Virus record (IMG/VR): IMGVR_UViG_3300044614_001780
From: a virus
Length of the DNA: 64,000 nucleotides
Strand: one strand, 5' to 3'
Below the pieces are notes generated by a model, which did no database searches, was not told the origin of the DNA, and saw only the letters and a list, made by a program, of their open reading frames with translations. How positions within the stretch are numbered: position 1 is the first letter of the stretch; each line of letters begins with the position of its first letter. Both the position numbers and the translations under genes were made by a program. Below, piece by piece: positions 55,866 to 64,000 of this stretch.

Positions 55866-56010
55866 CAGACTTTGGGACTCGATGTATATGCATAATACCT
55901 GCAAAAGGAAGTATTGTCAACCCACATCCGCAAAGAAAAAGAAAAAAGGGACTTTGGGCAAGTACTTCTACAATTTTAAATAAAATATTAGTGTGATGTA
56001 CCATTTCCAT
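55846..56010 (-). CDS. Small membrane protein
   Basis: SPFFLFLCGCGLTILPFAGIMHIH; start uncertain. Confidence 0.5.
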   Translation of the reverse strand: MEMVHHTNILFKIVEVLAQSPFFLFLCGCGLTILPFAGIMHIHRVPKSDGKNLH

Positions 56011-56107
56011 TATAATCGTTAGAATCATAATAACCACCCCTTGTCCCAAAATAAAGTGTGGTCAATACAAAGGGAATTGCAACAAATAAGAGTGCTTTAC
56101 CTAACAT
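55988..56107 (-). CDS. ndhP: NDH-1L small subunit NdhP homolog (39 aa)
   Basis: MLGKALLFVAIPFVLTTLYFGTRGGYYDSNDYNGNGTSH; TM helix plus FGTxxG(F/Y)YDxxxYxGNGxxH tail; not in ORF track. Confidence 0.85.
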   Translation of the reverse strand: MLGKALLFVAIPFVLTTLYFGTRGGYYDSNDYNGNGTSH

Positions 56108-57131
56108 GATGCCCACCAAACATATATCGCATTCCGTTCAAAACTTTGGCTGCGAAAGTACCCAGATTGCGACTATTAAATCTTTCATAAAGGGCAGTAG
56201 TAATGACAGGAGCGGGTACACCAAGGTCCACAGCGGCAGAAACAGTCCAACGACCCTCACCACTGTCGGAAACTCCTCCAGAGAACTGTTTAAGTTGACC
56301 ATCATTCCGTAGAACATCAGCGGTAAGGTCAAGTAACCAACTACCAACAACACTACCACGACGCCATAACTCAGCAACCTCAGCAACGTCAATATCATAG
56401 CAATAAGATTCTGGGTCTGCCATAGGGGCAACCTCTGCATCTCCTTCTTTGACATACTGAGCACCTGCATTTGCATTCTTGATGATATTAAATCCTTCTG
56501 CATATGCTTGCATAATACCATACTCAATACCATTATGCACCATCTTTACAAAGTGTCCAGCACCTGGACCACCACAATGCAACCAACCGTATTCAGCAGA
56601 AGTTATGTCTGAGTCAAATTGAGTCCTGGGGGCAGCGTCAATTCCTGGGGAGAGGGCATTAAAAATGCTTGAACAAGTGGAGACCGCAGTATCTCCGCCA
56701 CCAACCATAAGACAGTATCCACGATCCAGACCATAAACACCACCGCTAGTGCCACAATCAATATATTGGATACCAAGTTTTGCCAAGCGTTCTGCTCTCT
56801 TCCGACTGTCCTTAAAATTGCTATTGCCATGATCAATAATAATATCTCCTTCACCACAATATCGTAGTAACTCATTAATCGTCTCCTCTACAGTTTCTGC
56901 GGGCACAACCATTTGGAAAATTCCTGGTTGAGTTGCACCATTTTTATTTTGCTTAACTACTTTAACAAGATTTTCAATAGTAGTTGTAACTCCATCCACA
57001 AATCCCTTTTCATAAGCTTCTTGTGCTTTTTCATAATTTCTACGATAACCCCAAACTTCTATTCCTGCCTTCATCATACGACGAGACATTCCTTCACCCA
57101 TTCTACCTAATCCAATTAATCCTACTTTCAT
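56097..57131 (-). CDS. gnd: 6-phosphogluconate dehydrogenase (short form)
   Basis: GLGRMG; DHGNS; SGGVYG; GHFVKMVHNGIEY; DSGEGRW; FGGH. Confidence 0.96.
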   Translation of the reverse strand: MKVGLIGLGRMGEGMSRRMMKAGIEVWGYRRNYEKAQEAYEKGFVDGVTTTIENLVKVVKQNKNGATQPGIFQMVVPAETVEETINELLRYCGEGDIIIDHGNSNFKDSRKRAERLAKLGIQYIDCGTSGGVYGLDRGYCLMVGGGDTAVSTCSSIFNALSPGIDAAPRTQFDSDITSAEYGWLHCGGPGAGHFVKMVHNGIEYGIMQAYAEGFNIIKNANAGAQYVKEGDAEVAPMADPESYCYDIDVAEVAELWRRGSVVGSWLLDLTADVLRNDGQLKQFSGGVSDSGEGRWTVSAAVDLGVPAPVITTALYERFNSRNLGTFAAKVLNGMRYMFGGHHVR

Positions 57132-57140
57132 AATTCCCTC

Positions 57141-58469
57141 CTAAACAAGTTTGAGTGGATAATCCCACTTAGTAATCTTTTCTATTTCTTCTTGTGGACC
57201 CCAAGTACCAAAATTATAATTATAAGGTCTTGTATTTACTGGACACTGCTCCCCAACACAAAGAAGATCATCAACAATTCTCCAAGATTCCAACACTTCT
57301 TCCGAATGAACAAAGTGTGATTGATCTCCCATTATTGCATCATATAAAAGTTTCACATACCCATCAATTGCACCCTCTGGGTAGCTATGAGTCAAAATTG
57401 CAGTTTCAATTTTATCATCCAATCCAGGGGATTTAATATCAATCTGAATATCAAAATGTGGGTCTGGTTGGAATCTCATTACGATTCTATCTTTTGGTTC
57501 ATGCTCACCAAACAAATTAAGTGGTGGTGATTTTAATTTAATTACAACTTCCACACAAGAAACAGGAAGTTTCTTGCCAGTCATAAAATAAAAAGGAACA
57601 CCTTTCCATCTCCAATTGTCTATATACATGTCTCCAGCAACAAAAGTTGGTGTTTGCGAATCACCGTTAACTCCAGACTCATTGCGATATCCTGCATATT
57701 GACCACAAACCAATTTTGTTCCCAATCTTGCAGCAGAAAGAACTTTGACCTTCTCTCTACGAATTTCTTTTGCATCATTTTTGCAAGGTGCTTCCATTGC
57801 AATTAGAGCAAGTAATTGCAACATATGATTCTGCAACATATCCCTGACCGCACCAGCAGTCTCATAGTATTGTGCCCTACCCTCACAACCGATAATTTCA
57901 GTTGCAAAAATTTGGACCTCCTCCACATAATCACGATTCCACAAAGGTTCTAGAAGAATGTTACTGAATCTAGTTGCCAGAATATTATTAACAGTATCTT
58001 TTCCAAGATAGTGGTCTATACGATAGACCTGTTTTTCTCGAAGATTTGACGAAACAATTTCTTGAAGTTCTTCTGCAGAGTTAAGGTTATACCCAAAGGG
58101 CTTTTCAATAACAACCTTAGTATTATCCTGGTCATCTACAAGACCAGACATTTTAAGATTAAGAATAGCATCAGAATATCTTTCTGGTGGAACAGAAAGA
58201 AAATAAGTATTCTCATCACCTAAGGGCAAAAGTTTAAGTGATTCTAAATCACTTAAATCACAAGAAACATAATCTAAAATTCTTACAAAATCCTCAGAAT
58301 AGGATCCCAAAGTATGCAACCAACTCTGTTTGCTGTGCTTAGTCCGTGATGCACCAATTATTTTAAAATCTTCTGGTAGAAGTTTTCTTTTATAGAGTTC
58401 ATAAAGTGCTGGTATCAACTTTTTTCTACAAAGATCTCCTGTTGCTCCAAAAATTACTATTGTTTTCAT
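57141..58469 (-). CDS. zwf: Glucose-6-phosphate dehydrogenase
   Basis: GATGDL; EKPFG; RIDHYLGK; RDMLQNH; RWKGVPF. Confidence 0.97.
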   Translation of the reverse strand: MKTIVIFGATGDLCRKKLIPALYELYKRKLLPEDFKIIGASRTKHSKQSWLHTLGSYSEDFVRILDYVSCDLSDLESLKLLPLGDENTYFLSVPPERYSDAILNLKMSGLVDDQDNTKVVIEKPFGYNLNSAEELQEIVSSNLREKQVYRIDHYLGKDTVNNILATRFSNILLEPLWNRDYVEEVQIFATEIIGCEGRAQYYETAGAVRDMLQNHMLQLLALIAMEAPCKNDAKEIRREKVKVLSAARLGTKLVCGQYAGYRNESGVNGDSQTPTFVAGDMYIDNWRWKGVPFYFMTGKKLPVSCVEVVIKLKSPPLNLFGEHEPKDRIVMRFQPDPHFDIQIDIKSPGLDDKIETAILTHSYPEGAIDGYVKLLYDAIMGDQSHFVHSEEVLESWRIVDDLLCVGEQCPVNTRPYNYNFGTWGPQEEIEKITKWDYPLKLV

Positions 58470-58471
58470 AG

Positions 58472-58726
58472 TTACCAATCGTCGTTGTCTTCGTTATCCC
58501 CGTCAAGTTCCTTTAAATAATCAATCCACCATTGTGGGTCTTTTTGAATCCTCCATTTCGGAACATCCAACCCACGTTCAAAATACCAATCAAAGATTGC
58601 TTTTTCTATAATTTCCTTAGTTTCAATAATTTTCTTCCTTTTCATCAACATCTCCATATGCATTATCCACATAGGGTCCGTGTGGTCGTTTGGTATCTTC
58701 TCTGACATAATTGACCTCAGAAACAC
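58472..58726 (-). CDS. Hypothetical protein (start uncertain)
   Basis: AIFDWYFERGLDVPKWR..DPQWWIDYL. Confidence 0.5.
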   Translation of the reverse strand: MFLRSIMSEKIPNDHTDPMWIMHMEMLMKRKKIIETKEIIEKAIFDWYFERGLDVPKWRIQKDPQWWIDYLKELDGDNEDNDDW

Positions 58727-58814
58727 TTGTGGACAACCACAATGATATTTTCATTATTATGTAGATAATTGCCAATGGCAGAAAACATAAAGTTAAGATT
58801 AATGTATGTTTCAT
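58623..58814 (-). CDS. Small membrane protein
   Basis: N-terminal TM helix; HGPY; acidic tail. Confidence 0.6.
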   Translation of the reverse strand: MKHTLILTLCFLPLAIIYIIMKISLWLSTSVSEVNYVREDTKRPHGPYVDNAYGDVDEKEENY

Positions 58815-58900
58815 TGTGGATATGCGTTATTAAGTCCCCAATTTACAAATACTATTATTGTACCAAAAATTAAAATTGAAGACAGTATTAAATTATTCAT
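58811..58900 (-). CDS. NdhQ-like single-TM peptide (29 aa)
   Basis: MNNLILSSILIFGTIIVFVNWGLNNAYPQ; W(G/A)LxxAY end resembles NdhQ; coupled at both ends. Confidence 0.6.
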   Translation of the reverse strand: MNNLILSSILIFGTIIVFVNWGLNNAYPQ

Positions 58901-59022
58901 TACATTCCTCCGTTTCTAATTCCTACAATATATCCAATGATAATTCCGCACATAAATGCCACAAACATGTATAACATATGAGAAGTAAATTGAATAACCT
59001 CCAACCATTCACTATTCGTCAT
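58900..59022 (-). CDS. 40-aa membrane peptide
   Basis: MTNSEWLEVIQFTSHMLYMFVAFMCGIIIGYIVGIRNGGM. Confidence 0.5.
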   Translation of the reverse strand: MTNSEWLEVIQFTSHMLYMFVAFMCGIIIGYIVGIRNGGM

Positions 59023-59302
59023 CATCATCCTCATAGGTTGAAGGTTCCTCAAAGAGTTCGTCCATTTTTTGCTGTAGAACTCTTTTTTGTAATTTTTCAA
59101 TATCTTCTTCCGTAAATTTAACCACTAGTAATGGATCTCCTGCTTTAACGTCGTTAAGTTCTGGATGCTTTACTTTTGGACTTTTTGAATACCCATGATA
59201 GGCATTCATAATCATCCATCCCTGTGCAATCATCGTTAAGGATATTCCCATTAGAACAAACCAAGGAACTAAAAAGATTAGTTCAGAGTGATGTTGAGCC
59301 AT
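59012..59302 (-). CDS. DUF2973-like membrane protein
   Basis: TM helix then HPEL..GDPLLVVKF. Confidence 0.65.
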   Translation of the reverse strand: MAQHHSELIFLVPWFVLMGISLTMIAQGWMIMNAYHGYSKSPKVKHPELNDVKAGDPLLVVKFTEEDIEKLQKRVLQQKMDELFEEPSTYEDDDDE

Positions 59303-59481
59303 GGAAATACTGGCGGAATTACTCCAATGAGTCGAAGAAGACCCTCAGCAAAAAGTGCAAGAACAACCCAACCAACGCACATTGAAATAATCGAAGCATT
59401 GCGATTGTGTTTTCGTATTGCATCATCAATCATCTCCTGAACTTCAGAACGTGTAATAAACTCTTCTTGTTCATTCATCAT
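59278..59481 (-). CDS. Conserved small membrane protein
   Basis: EVQEMIDDAIRKHNRNASIISM..EGLLRLIGVIPP. Confidence 0.7.
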   Translation of the reverse strand: MMNEQEEFITRSEVQEMIDDAIRKHNRNASIISMCVGWVVLALFAEGLLRLIGVIPPVFPWLNITLN

Positions 59482-59627
59482 TTCTCGTCTCCAAGAAACT
59501 TTGCAAGAGGGTCTCTTCTGGTCTTTACAATTTCGACAGCTCTTTTGTAAAACATGTTGTCTGTATTTCCAGACTCTTCAAAAGTTGCCTTGATCTTCAC
59601 CCAGTTATCGTAGGTGTGTTGATCCAT
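59478..59627 (-). CDS. 49-aa conserved microprotein
   Basis: MDQHTYDNWVKIKATFEESGNTDNMFYKRAVEIV..DPL; read by eye. Confidence 0.65.
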   Translation of the reverse strand: MDQHTYDNWVKIKATFEESGNTDNMFYKRAVEIVKTRRDPLAKFLGDEK

Positions 59628-59728
59628 AAGGATTAAAATACGTATACTAATATATTATAATTCAGACCAATAAAACGCCTACCTAATGTGTTCAATACGA
59701 CACACTGATTAAGAGATTATTAAATTCT

Positions 59729-59980
59729 TTACCTAATTTCAAAATTTAATTTTTTAACCTTTCTTGTCCTTCTTGCTTCTTGGTACTGCAAATCTTCCCT
59801 GCTCAACACAGATTTTGTATCATCTAATTTATTTAAATTAATCAACTCAACCAAAGAAAGATCGACTGCACTTATCTTATCTCCAGTAATAGAAGTCAAA
59901 TTATCACAACCGCAGCATTTAGTTTGCGTAGAATTTGATTCTAATTCTGTATTACAATTTTTGCATCTTACTTTTAACAT
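59729..59980 (-). CDS. Zn-ribbon hypothetical protein
   Basis: RCKNCN..CCGCDN..RKVKKLNFEIR; ATG at 59980. Confidence 0.7.
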   Translation of the reverse strand: MLKVRCKNCNTELESNSTQTKCCGCDNLTSITGDKISAVDLSLVELINLNKLDDTKSVLSREDLQYQEARRTRKVKKLNFEIR

Positions 59981-60010
59981 TTTTCTAATGATTTCTACTG
60001 AGTTATAACA

Positions 60011-60081
60011 AGCGGACAACGAGGATCGAACTCGTGATTTCAACTTGGAAGGATGACGTGTTACCGCTACACCATGTCCGC
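60011..60081 (-). tRNA. trnG: tRNA-Gly (UCC)
   Basis: GCGGACA acceptor, D arm TGGTGTAGCGGTAACAC, anticodon loop CTTCCAA, GTTCGAT T loop; CCA not encoded; TTGACA-18-TATAAT upstream. Confidence 0.93.
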
Positions 60082-60158
60082 ATTATTTGCATTATATCTT
60101 ACATAAAAATTATCTGTCAAGGGGAGAGACCTTTGCTTCTCCCCTATTATTCAGTTTG

Positions 60159-60824
60159 TCAAACTTCTACCGTGATCAGTTTGGAAGCATATTCATGAGC
60201 ATATGAAGTGCGGGCACCATGAATGCCCCAACCAATCCAACTATACGCATAGTCCATGTAACGATTTATAGATTTGCCAGGAGTTTTCATCCTGTCTTCA
60301 ATTCGTTTCCATTGAACTTCATTCGTAAGATAACGAAGTTGCGTTGGAAGTGCTGATGGAGAACCACCATACCTCTTAGCAAAATCACCCAATCCATAAT
60401 AACGATCGGCAGATGTCCATTGGATCAGACCATAACCACGACCGCAGTGATGGTACTGAGTCCTACTACCACCTTCACAAATATTAGGCACGAACATAGA
60501 TTCTTGCTTAATATTGCCCAGGATAGTAGCAAGGGCGTTTCTGTCTTTAATTCCTTGCTCTTGGAAATAATCCACAGCAAGTTGTTCATGTTCTGAACAC
60601 CCTTTACAAATTAGCCTTTTCTCTTTTGGTTTTTCGGGAGCAACCTCTCGGATTGCTGTCTTCTTTTCATCCACAAGTTTCAAATCTTTAATCTCGATAA
60701 TAGAGACTTTTTGTTCCACTGGAGGTGGAGGTCCCTGCATCTTGTAGTTGACGAATGGCAGTGATGCCGTACTGGTTGTAACCGATGCCAGAAGGGGCAG
60801 GGCTACAGTAAAGATGTTTTGCAT
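60159..60824 (-). CDS. Exported cell-wall hydrolase (phage tail lysozyme family)
   Basis: ATILGNIKQES..GYGLIQWT..QLRYL; hydrophobic N terminus. Confidence 0.8.
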   Translation of the reverse strand: MQNIFTVALPLLASVTTSTASLPFVNYKMQGPPPPVEQKVSIIEIKDLKLVDEKKTAIREVAPEKPKEKRLICKGCSEHEQLAVDYFQEQGIKDRNALATILGNIKQESMFVPNICEGGSRTQYHHCGRGYGLIQWTSADRYYGLGDFAKRYGGSPSALPTQLRYLTNEVQWKRIEDRMKTPGKSINRYMDYAYSWIGWGIHGARTSYAHEYASKLITVEV

Positions 60825-60992
60825 TAAAATTAATTGAACTCTACATCCGTATAGAAGAGGGGTATACCCAACTCTCGAAGGGCATCTTCCACGGCTCTAA
60901 TTTTCACACTCAAAGTCTCATAATATAAAAACCTACTCATAATAGGAATCCAAAATTGGATTTTTTCATAATATCAGATTATTTAGAAGACC

Positions 60993-61190
60993 CTAAAGGT
61001 CCAAGAAATAACCGCTGATATATTCCAAAGATAATACTTCCAGATTCTCTTTCTGAATTACCCAATCTCGAATCTCACTATAGACACTTTCAGCATCTTT
61101 AATTCGACCCTCATCACACAATTCGTGCATACGATTAATATGGTCTTCAATAAGAGTATTGCAGACTTTTTTAACTTTTAGGTCAATCAT
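60993..61190 (-). CDS. Hypothetical protein
   Basis: 65 aa ORF in operon. Confidence 0.55.
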   Translation of the reverse strand: MIDLKVKKVCNTLIEDHINRMHELCDEGRIKDAESVYSEIRDWVIQKENLEVLSLEYISGYFLDL

Positions 61191-61608
61191 TAAAATAATC
61201 CTTCCGATAATATCTTCCTAGGACATTAGAATTATAATACGCAGGAGTCCCGTCGTCAAGAGACTCAATTAAAACGTTATTTACAAAGAGTTGTCTAGTT
61301 TCTTCGTAATTGCATTTTCCTTTTGTTTTGTGGAGGCTAAGTATTGTTCTGTTGCAGGATGTTTTGCCCCAAAGTTTAACATCAGCTTTGAGTTCGGGAC
61401 ATGATCCATAATAATTTTTCCAATCTGACTCTGATTTAACTTTTCTAGATTTTCCCTTTGGTGTGCGGAAACTCCAGAAATATTTTCTGCCAATGTAACT
61501 ACGACCAGTTTTATCACAATGTATAAGATATACAAAACCAAAATTATCTTGAATATTATCAGACTCAAAAATTTCCCCATTGAATCTCCAAGGGTTTTCA
61601 TAACTCAT
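61183..61608 (-). CDS. GIY-YIG-like endonuclease
   Basis: GFVYLI..YIGRK..YYGS..EETRQ..YYNSN. Confidence 0.75.
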   Translation of the reverse strand: MSYENPWRFNGEIFESDNIQDNFGFVYLIHCDKTGRSYIGRKYFWSFRTPKGKSRKVKSESDWKNYYGSCPELKADVKLWGKTSCNRTILSLHKTKGKCNYEETRQLFVNNVLIESLDDGTPAYYNSNVLGRYYRKDYFND

Positions 61609-61667
61609 ATTGTATTATTGTACTTTGAGCTATTTAGAACCTAGAATTTTCTTGAAACTCCACAGAG

Positions 61668-61707
61668 TCATTTTAGACATAAAAAAACACCCCCGTCAAG
61701 AGGGTGT
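61668..61707 (-). terminator. Terminator hairpin containing a -35 element
   Basis: acaccct-cTTGACG-ggggtg-ttttttt; TTGACG-18-TAAAAT. Confidence 0.65.
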
Positions 61708-61725
61708 AAAATTGTGTGAAATGTA

Positions 61726-63147
61726 TCAGTTTACATTTTTTAGAATCTGACTTAACCACACTTCACTCATATTTTCAATGATTACATTTGCATCATTGAG
61801 AGTTTCAGCAAAGTTGTTCTCAAGGAGGTATGATGCTACAATCTGATAAACTTCTCCCAACTCCTTCTTTTCTCTTGGGGTTAATGTTCCAGCAGACATG
61901 GCAGAACTTCTTGCACTCTGCAAGTCCTTATCACCACCTTCTACCTTAGCAGCATAACCTCTTAATTGTACTCTTGGTTTATCTCTCACAGAACCCCTTC
62001 TAGATGCTGCTAGACCTCTTAGAGTTCTACTTTGTCTTTCTTCTCTCTTCTTTCTGTCTGCGTCAGACTCATCACGCTTGTGCTTGATATAAGGACGGTC
62101 GGCACCTCTTTCTGCTGCTGCAATGGTCTTGTCTACACTACCAGAACGTTGGTATGCCTTGGAACGTGCTGCAAGTTCTTTACGGACTGAAGTTTCACCT
62201 TCCTTGCCGAGTTCCTTACGCATTCTGGTTGCTTCATCAAGTCCAAACTCTTCATTATATTCTTTATTTCTGACCGCTGCAATTGCTTCTGCTTTTGACA
62301 TTCCAGAAGCCATCATTCTTGCAATTCTTACATCTGCGAAGTCATTATCACCATCTTGGTCTTGGTCTTTTTTCTTTGCTTCATAAATTGAAGAATACGC
62401 ATTTGCAACATCTTTAAGAGTTGCTTTTGTTCCCCATTCAAATGATGACATAACTGCTCCTGGTTTTTTAATAGGTGAGGTTGAAGGTGTAGGTTTTGGT
62501 GCTGCAACAACAGGTGCTGCTGGTTTTGGGGCAGGTGCTTCAACTGCAGCAGCAGATCTATTCAAACTTGCCTTTCCAATCTGATTTGCAGTTGCTGATT
62601 TTGCGGTCCCACTTAGAATATTTTTGGCACTTGAAGATTGAGAAATACTATTAACTGCCGCATTTCCTCTAAGTTGATCCAATTCTGCTTTATTTTGACC
62701 TGGCATATCCTTCATTAAAGGATTTGGAGTCTTTGGTTTAGCAAAATTATCACCATATTTAAGTTTATTAACTGACATTCCAGTTTCAGCAGCACCTTTC
62801 ACATCACCTGCTTTTTTCTGTGCAGAATATACTTGCATACCACCCTTAATTTTATCTGCAGTTGATGCAGAAGCAGATGATGAAGTTCCTGGTTTTGCTG
62901 GAGTCACTTTAGTTGGAGTTCCAGTAGTTGGTTTGGTGTATGTTGCCTTTGCGTCTGGATTTACACCACCCAATGAATTAGTTACAGGGAATCTATCACG
63001 AGCACGAACTGGAGTTGATTTTGCTGGTTTCATTGGACCAGAAGGTTTATCATTTGGACCATCCCAAAGAGGTTCATCTCTCAAAGGAGCTTCAGTAATA
63101 ATGCTTTCATATAAATTTTTAACCGCACCAAAATCTTCCTTATTCAT
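61726..63147 (-). CDS. Low-complexity Ala/Lys/Pro-rich late protein, possibly an internal head protein
   Basis: 473 aa; late-promoter-like AATAAATA upstream; DQDGDNDFAD motif; several (I/L)xE sites. Confidence 0.65.
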   Translation of the reverse strand: MNKEDFGAVKNLYESIITEAPLRDEPLWDGPNDKPSGPMKPAKSTPVRARDRFPVTNSLGGVNPDAKATYTKPTTGTPTKVTPAKPGTSSSASASTADKIKGGMQVYSAQKKAGDVKGAAETGMSVNKLKYGDNFAKPKTPNPLMKDMPGQNKAELDQLRGNAAVNSISQSSSAKNILSGTAKSATANQIGKASLNRSAAAVEAPAPKPAAPVVAAPKPTPSTSPIKKPGAVMSSFEWGTKATLKDVANAYSSIYEAKKKDQDQDGDNDFADVRIARMMASGMSKAEAIAAVRNKEYNEEFGLDEATRMRKELGKEGETSVRKELAARSKAYQRSGSVDKTIAAAERGADRPYIKHKRDESDADRKKREERQSRTLRGLAASRRGSVRDKPRVQLRGYAAKVEGGDKDLQSARSSAMSAGTLTPREKKELGEVYQIVASYLLENNFAETLNDANVIIENMSEVWLSQILKNVN

Positions 63148-63194
63148 CTTATTGAGAGTAGTAAAAAGTACTTTTCTTAATATTATTTATTCTT

Positions 63195-63593
63195 TTATTT
63201 ATTCTCAGAATCAACCCAATCCCCCTTTATACCCATTGCGCCACCTAAAAGGTCTTGTGCTTTACTTCCATCTTTTTCCTCTTCATAGTAGATAGAAGTT
63301 TTTTCTTCTGGTTGTTCTATTTTTTTATATTCTTCTATTGCTTTATCAACTTCACTCTCAACTCTTTGGTTTAATAATTCTGGTGTATTAATTACATAGT
63401 CATTTATTGTATCATCGATTAAACCACGTTTCAAAAGTTCTTTTTGTATTTCATCAACAAGTTTCCATAATTTATTTTTGTCTATTTTAAATTTAGAAGA
63501 CAAAATCTCGATAATGCCTTCTAGCACTATCGAGATTTTTGCCCATTCTATAATTCCTTTTTTCTTTTTTCCAACTTGGAAATTAAAGTTCAT
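63195..63593 (-). CDS. Hypothetical protein
   Basis: 132 aa, charged helical. Confidence 0.6.
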   Translation of the reverse strand: MNFNFQVGKKKKGIIEWAKISIVLEGIIEILSSKFKIDKNKLWKLVDEIQKELLKRGLIDDTINDYVINTPELLNQRVESEVDKAIEEYKKIEQPEEKTSIYYEEEKDGSKAQDLLGGAMGIKGDWVDSENK

Positions 63594-64000
63594 TTTTTGG
63601 GGGGTGCAGAAACTTTTGCATACACCATTCTCTTACCCCATTTTTCTGGAGTAGTTCCTTTTCCTGCAATGTCTTTGGTAATTTGGGGAGACACATCAAA
63701 AGAAACATCTTTATTTACATTTCCAGTTCTTCCAAAATCACCAACATCATTAATTTTTGCTGTTGTAGATTTTGTCTTTGTTCCCTGTGGATTTGCAGTT
63801 AACTGCAATTTGGAACCATAAGAAATAGATGGTTTTCCTTCTTGTCCTTTTGGTGCCTGTCCTTCCTTATACTTAAAAGGAACTGCAGCATTTCTAGTTG
63901 TCCAGTTATGGGGGTCACCAGTTGCTGTAGTCTTGTTTGGAGTGAATTTATCTCCAGGAGCATACACTGATGCCTTTACTGGTTTCCAACCATATCTTTG
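63590..64000 (-). CDS. Protein ending in an RlpA-like double-psi beta-barrel (partial, start beyond right edge)
   Basis: Frame open to the edge; ASVY..TATG..AAVP..YGSKLQL..KINDVG..FDVS. Confidence 0.6.
   Translation of the reverse strand, partial: QRYGWKPVKASVYAPGDKFTPNKTTATGDPHNWTTRNAAVPFKYKEGQAPKGQEGKPSISYGSKLQLTANPQGTKTKSTTAKINDVGDFGRTGNVNKDVSFDVSPQITKDIAGKGTTPEKWGKRMVYAKVSAPPKK

Noticed and set aside
60832-60900. c-di-AMP (ydaO) riboswitch before the cell-wall hydrolase
   Set aside because: Too short and lacks the GCUGAAU and CAGCUAAC conserved segments; kept only as an unassigned structured leader.
1-64000. Stop-codon reassignment or alternative genetic code
   Set aside because: Conserved genes translate full length in the standard code and end in TAA, TAG or TGA; the single tRNA is an ordinary Gly(UCC).

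Overview
AT-rich segment of a large T4-like cyanomyovirus, probably infecting freshwater Synechococcus/Cyanobium (inferred from gene content). Most genes are on the minus strand. Left to right: (1) tail fibre/baseplate module (1-23.3 kb) with fibre-like proteins, gp5, a gp27-like hub, M23 and lytic-transglycosylase virion proteins, gp51, gp26, gp54-like, gp4, gp2, gp48, a split gp53, and CP12 embedded among them; (2) gp32, gp59, gp33, exonuclease, phoH, thyX; (3) a glutamine-riboswitch/DUF4278 locus with an NtcA box; (4) glutaredoxin, HNH, 2OG oxygenase, psbD, a LOG-family gene, psbA; (5) a divergent four-gene operon of exported proteins, a nuclease, a Pro-Glu/Thr-stalked beta-barrel protein and two lysins; (6) peroxiredoxin, two hli genes, petF, a Som-type porin; (7) a nine-gene glycosylation island headed by GDP-mannose 3,5-epimerase behind a manA/wcaG-like RNA; (8) ndhP, gnd, zwf, an ndhQ-like peptide, tRNA-Gly(UCC), cell-wall hydrolases and hypotheticals. 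Most notable: two structured RNAs that each appear to carry a whole ORF inside them, NdhP/NdhQ-like microproteins missing from the ORF track, a candidate phage-encoded surface-fibre export operon, and a possible GDP-L-galactose glycosylation pathway. All family calls are by-eye motif recognition; no database searches were run.
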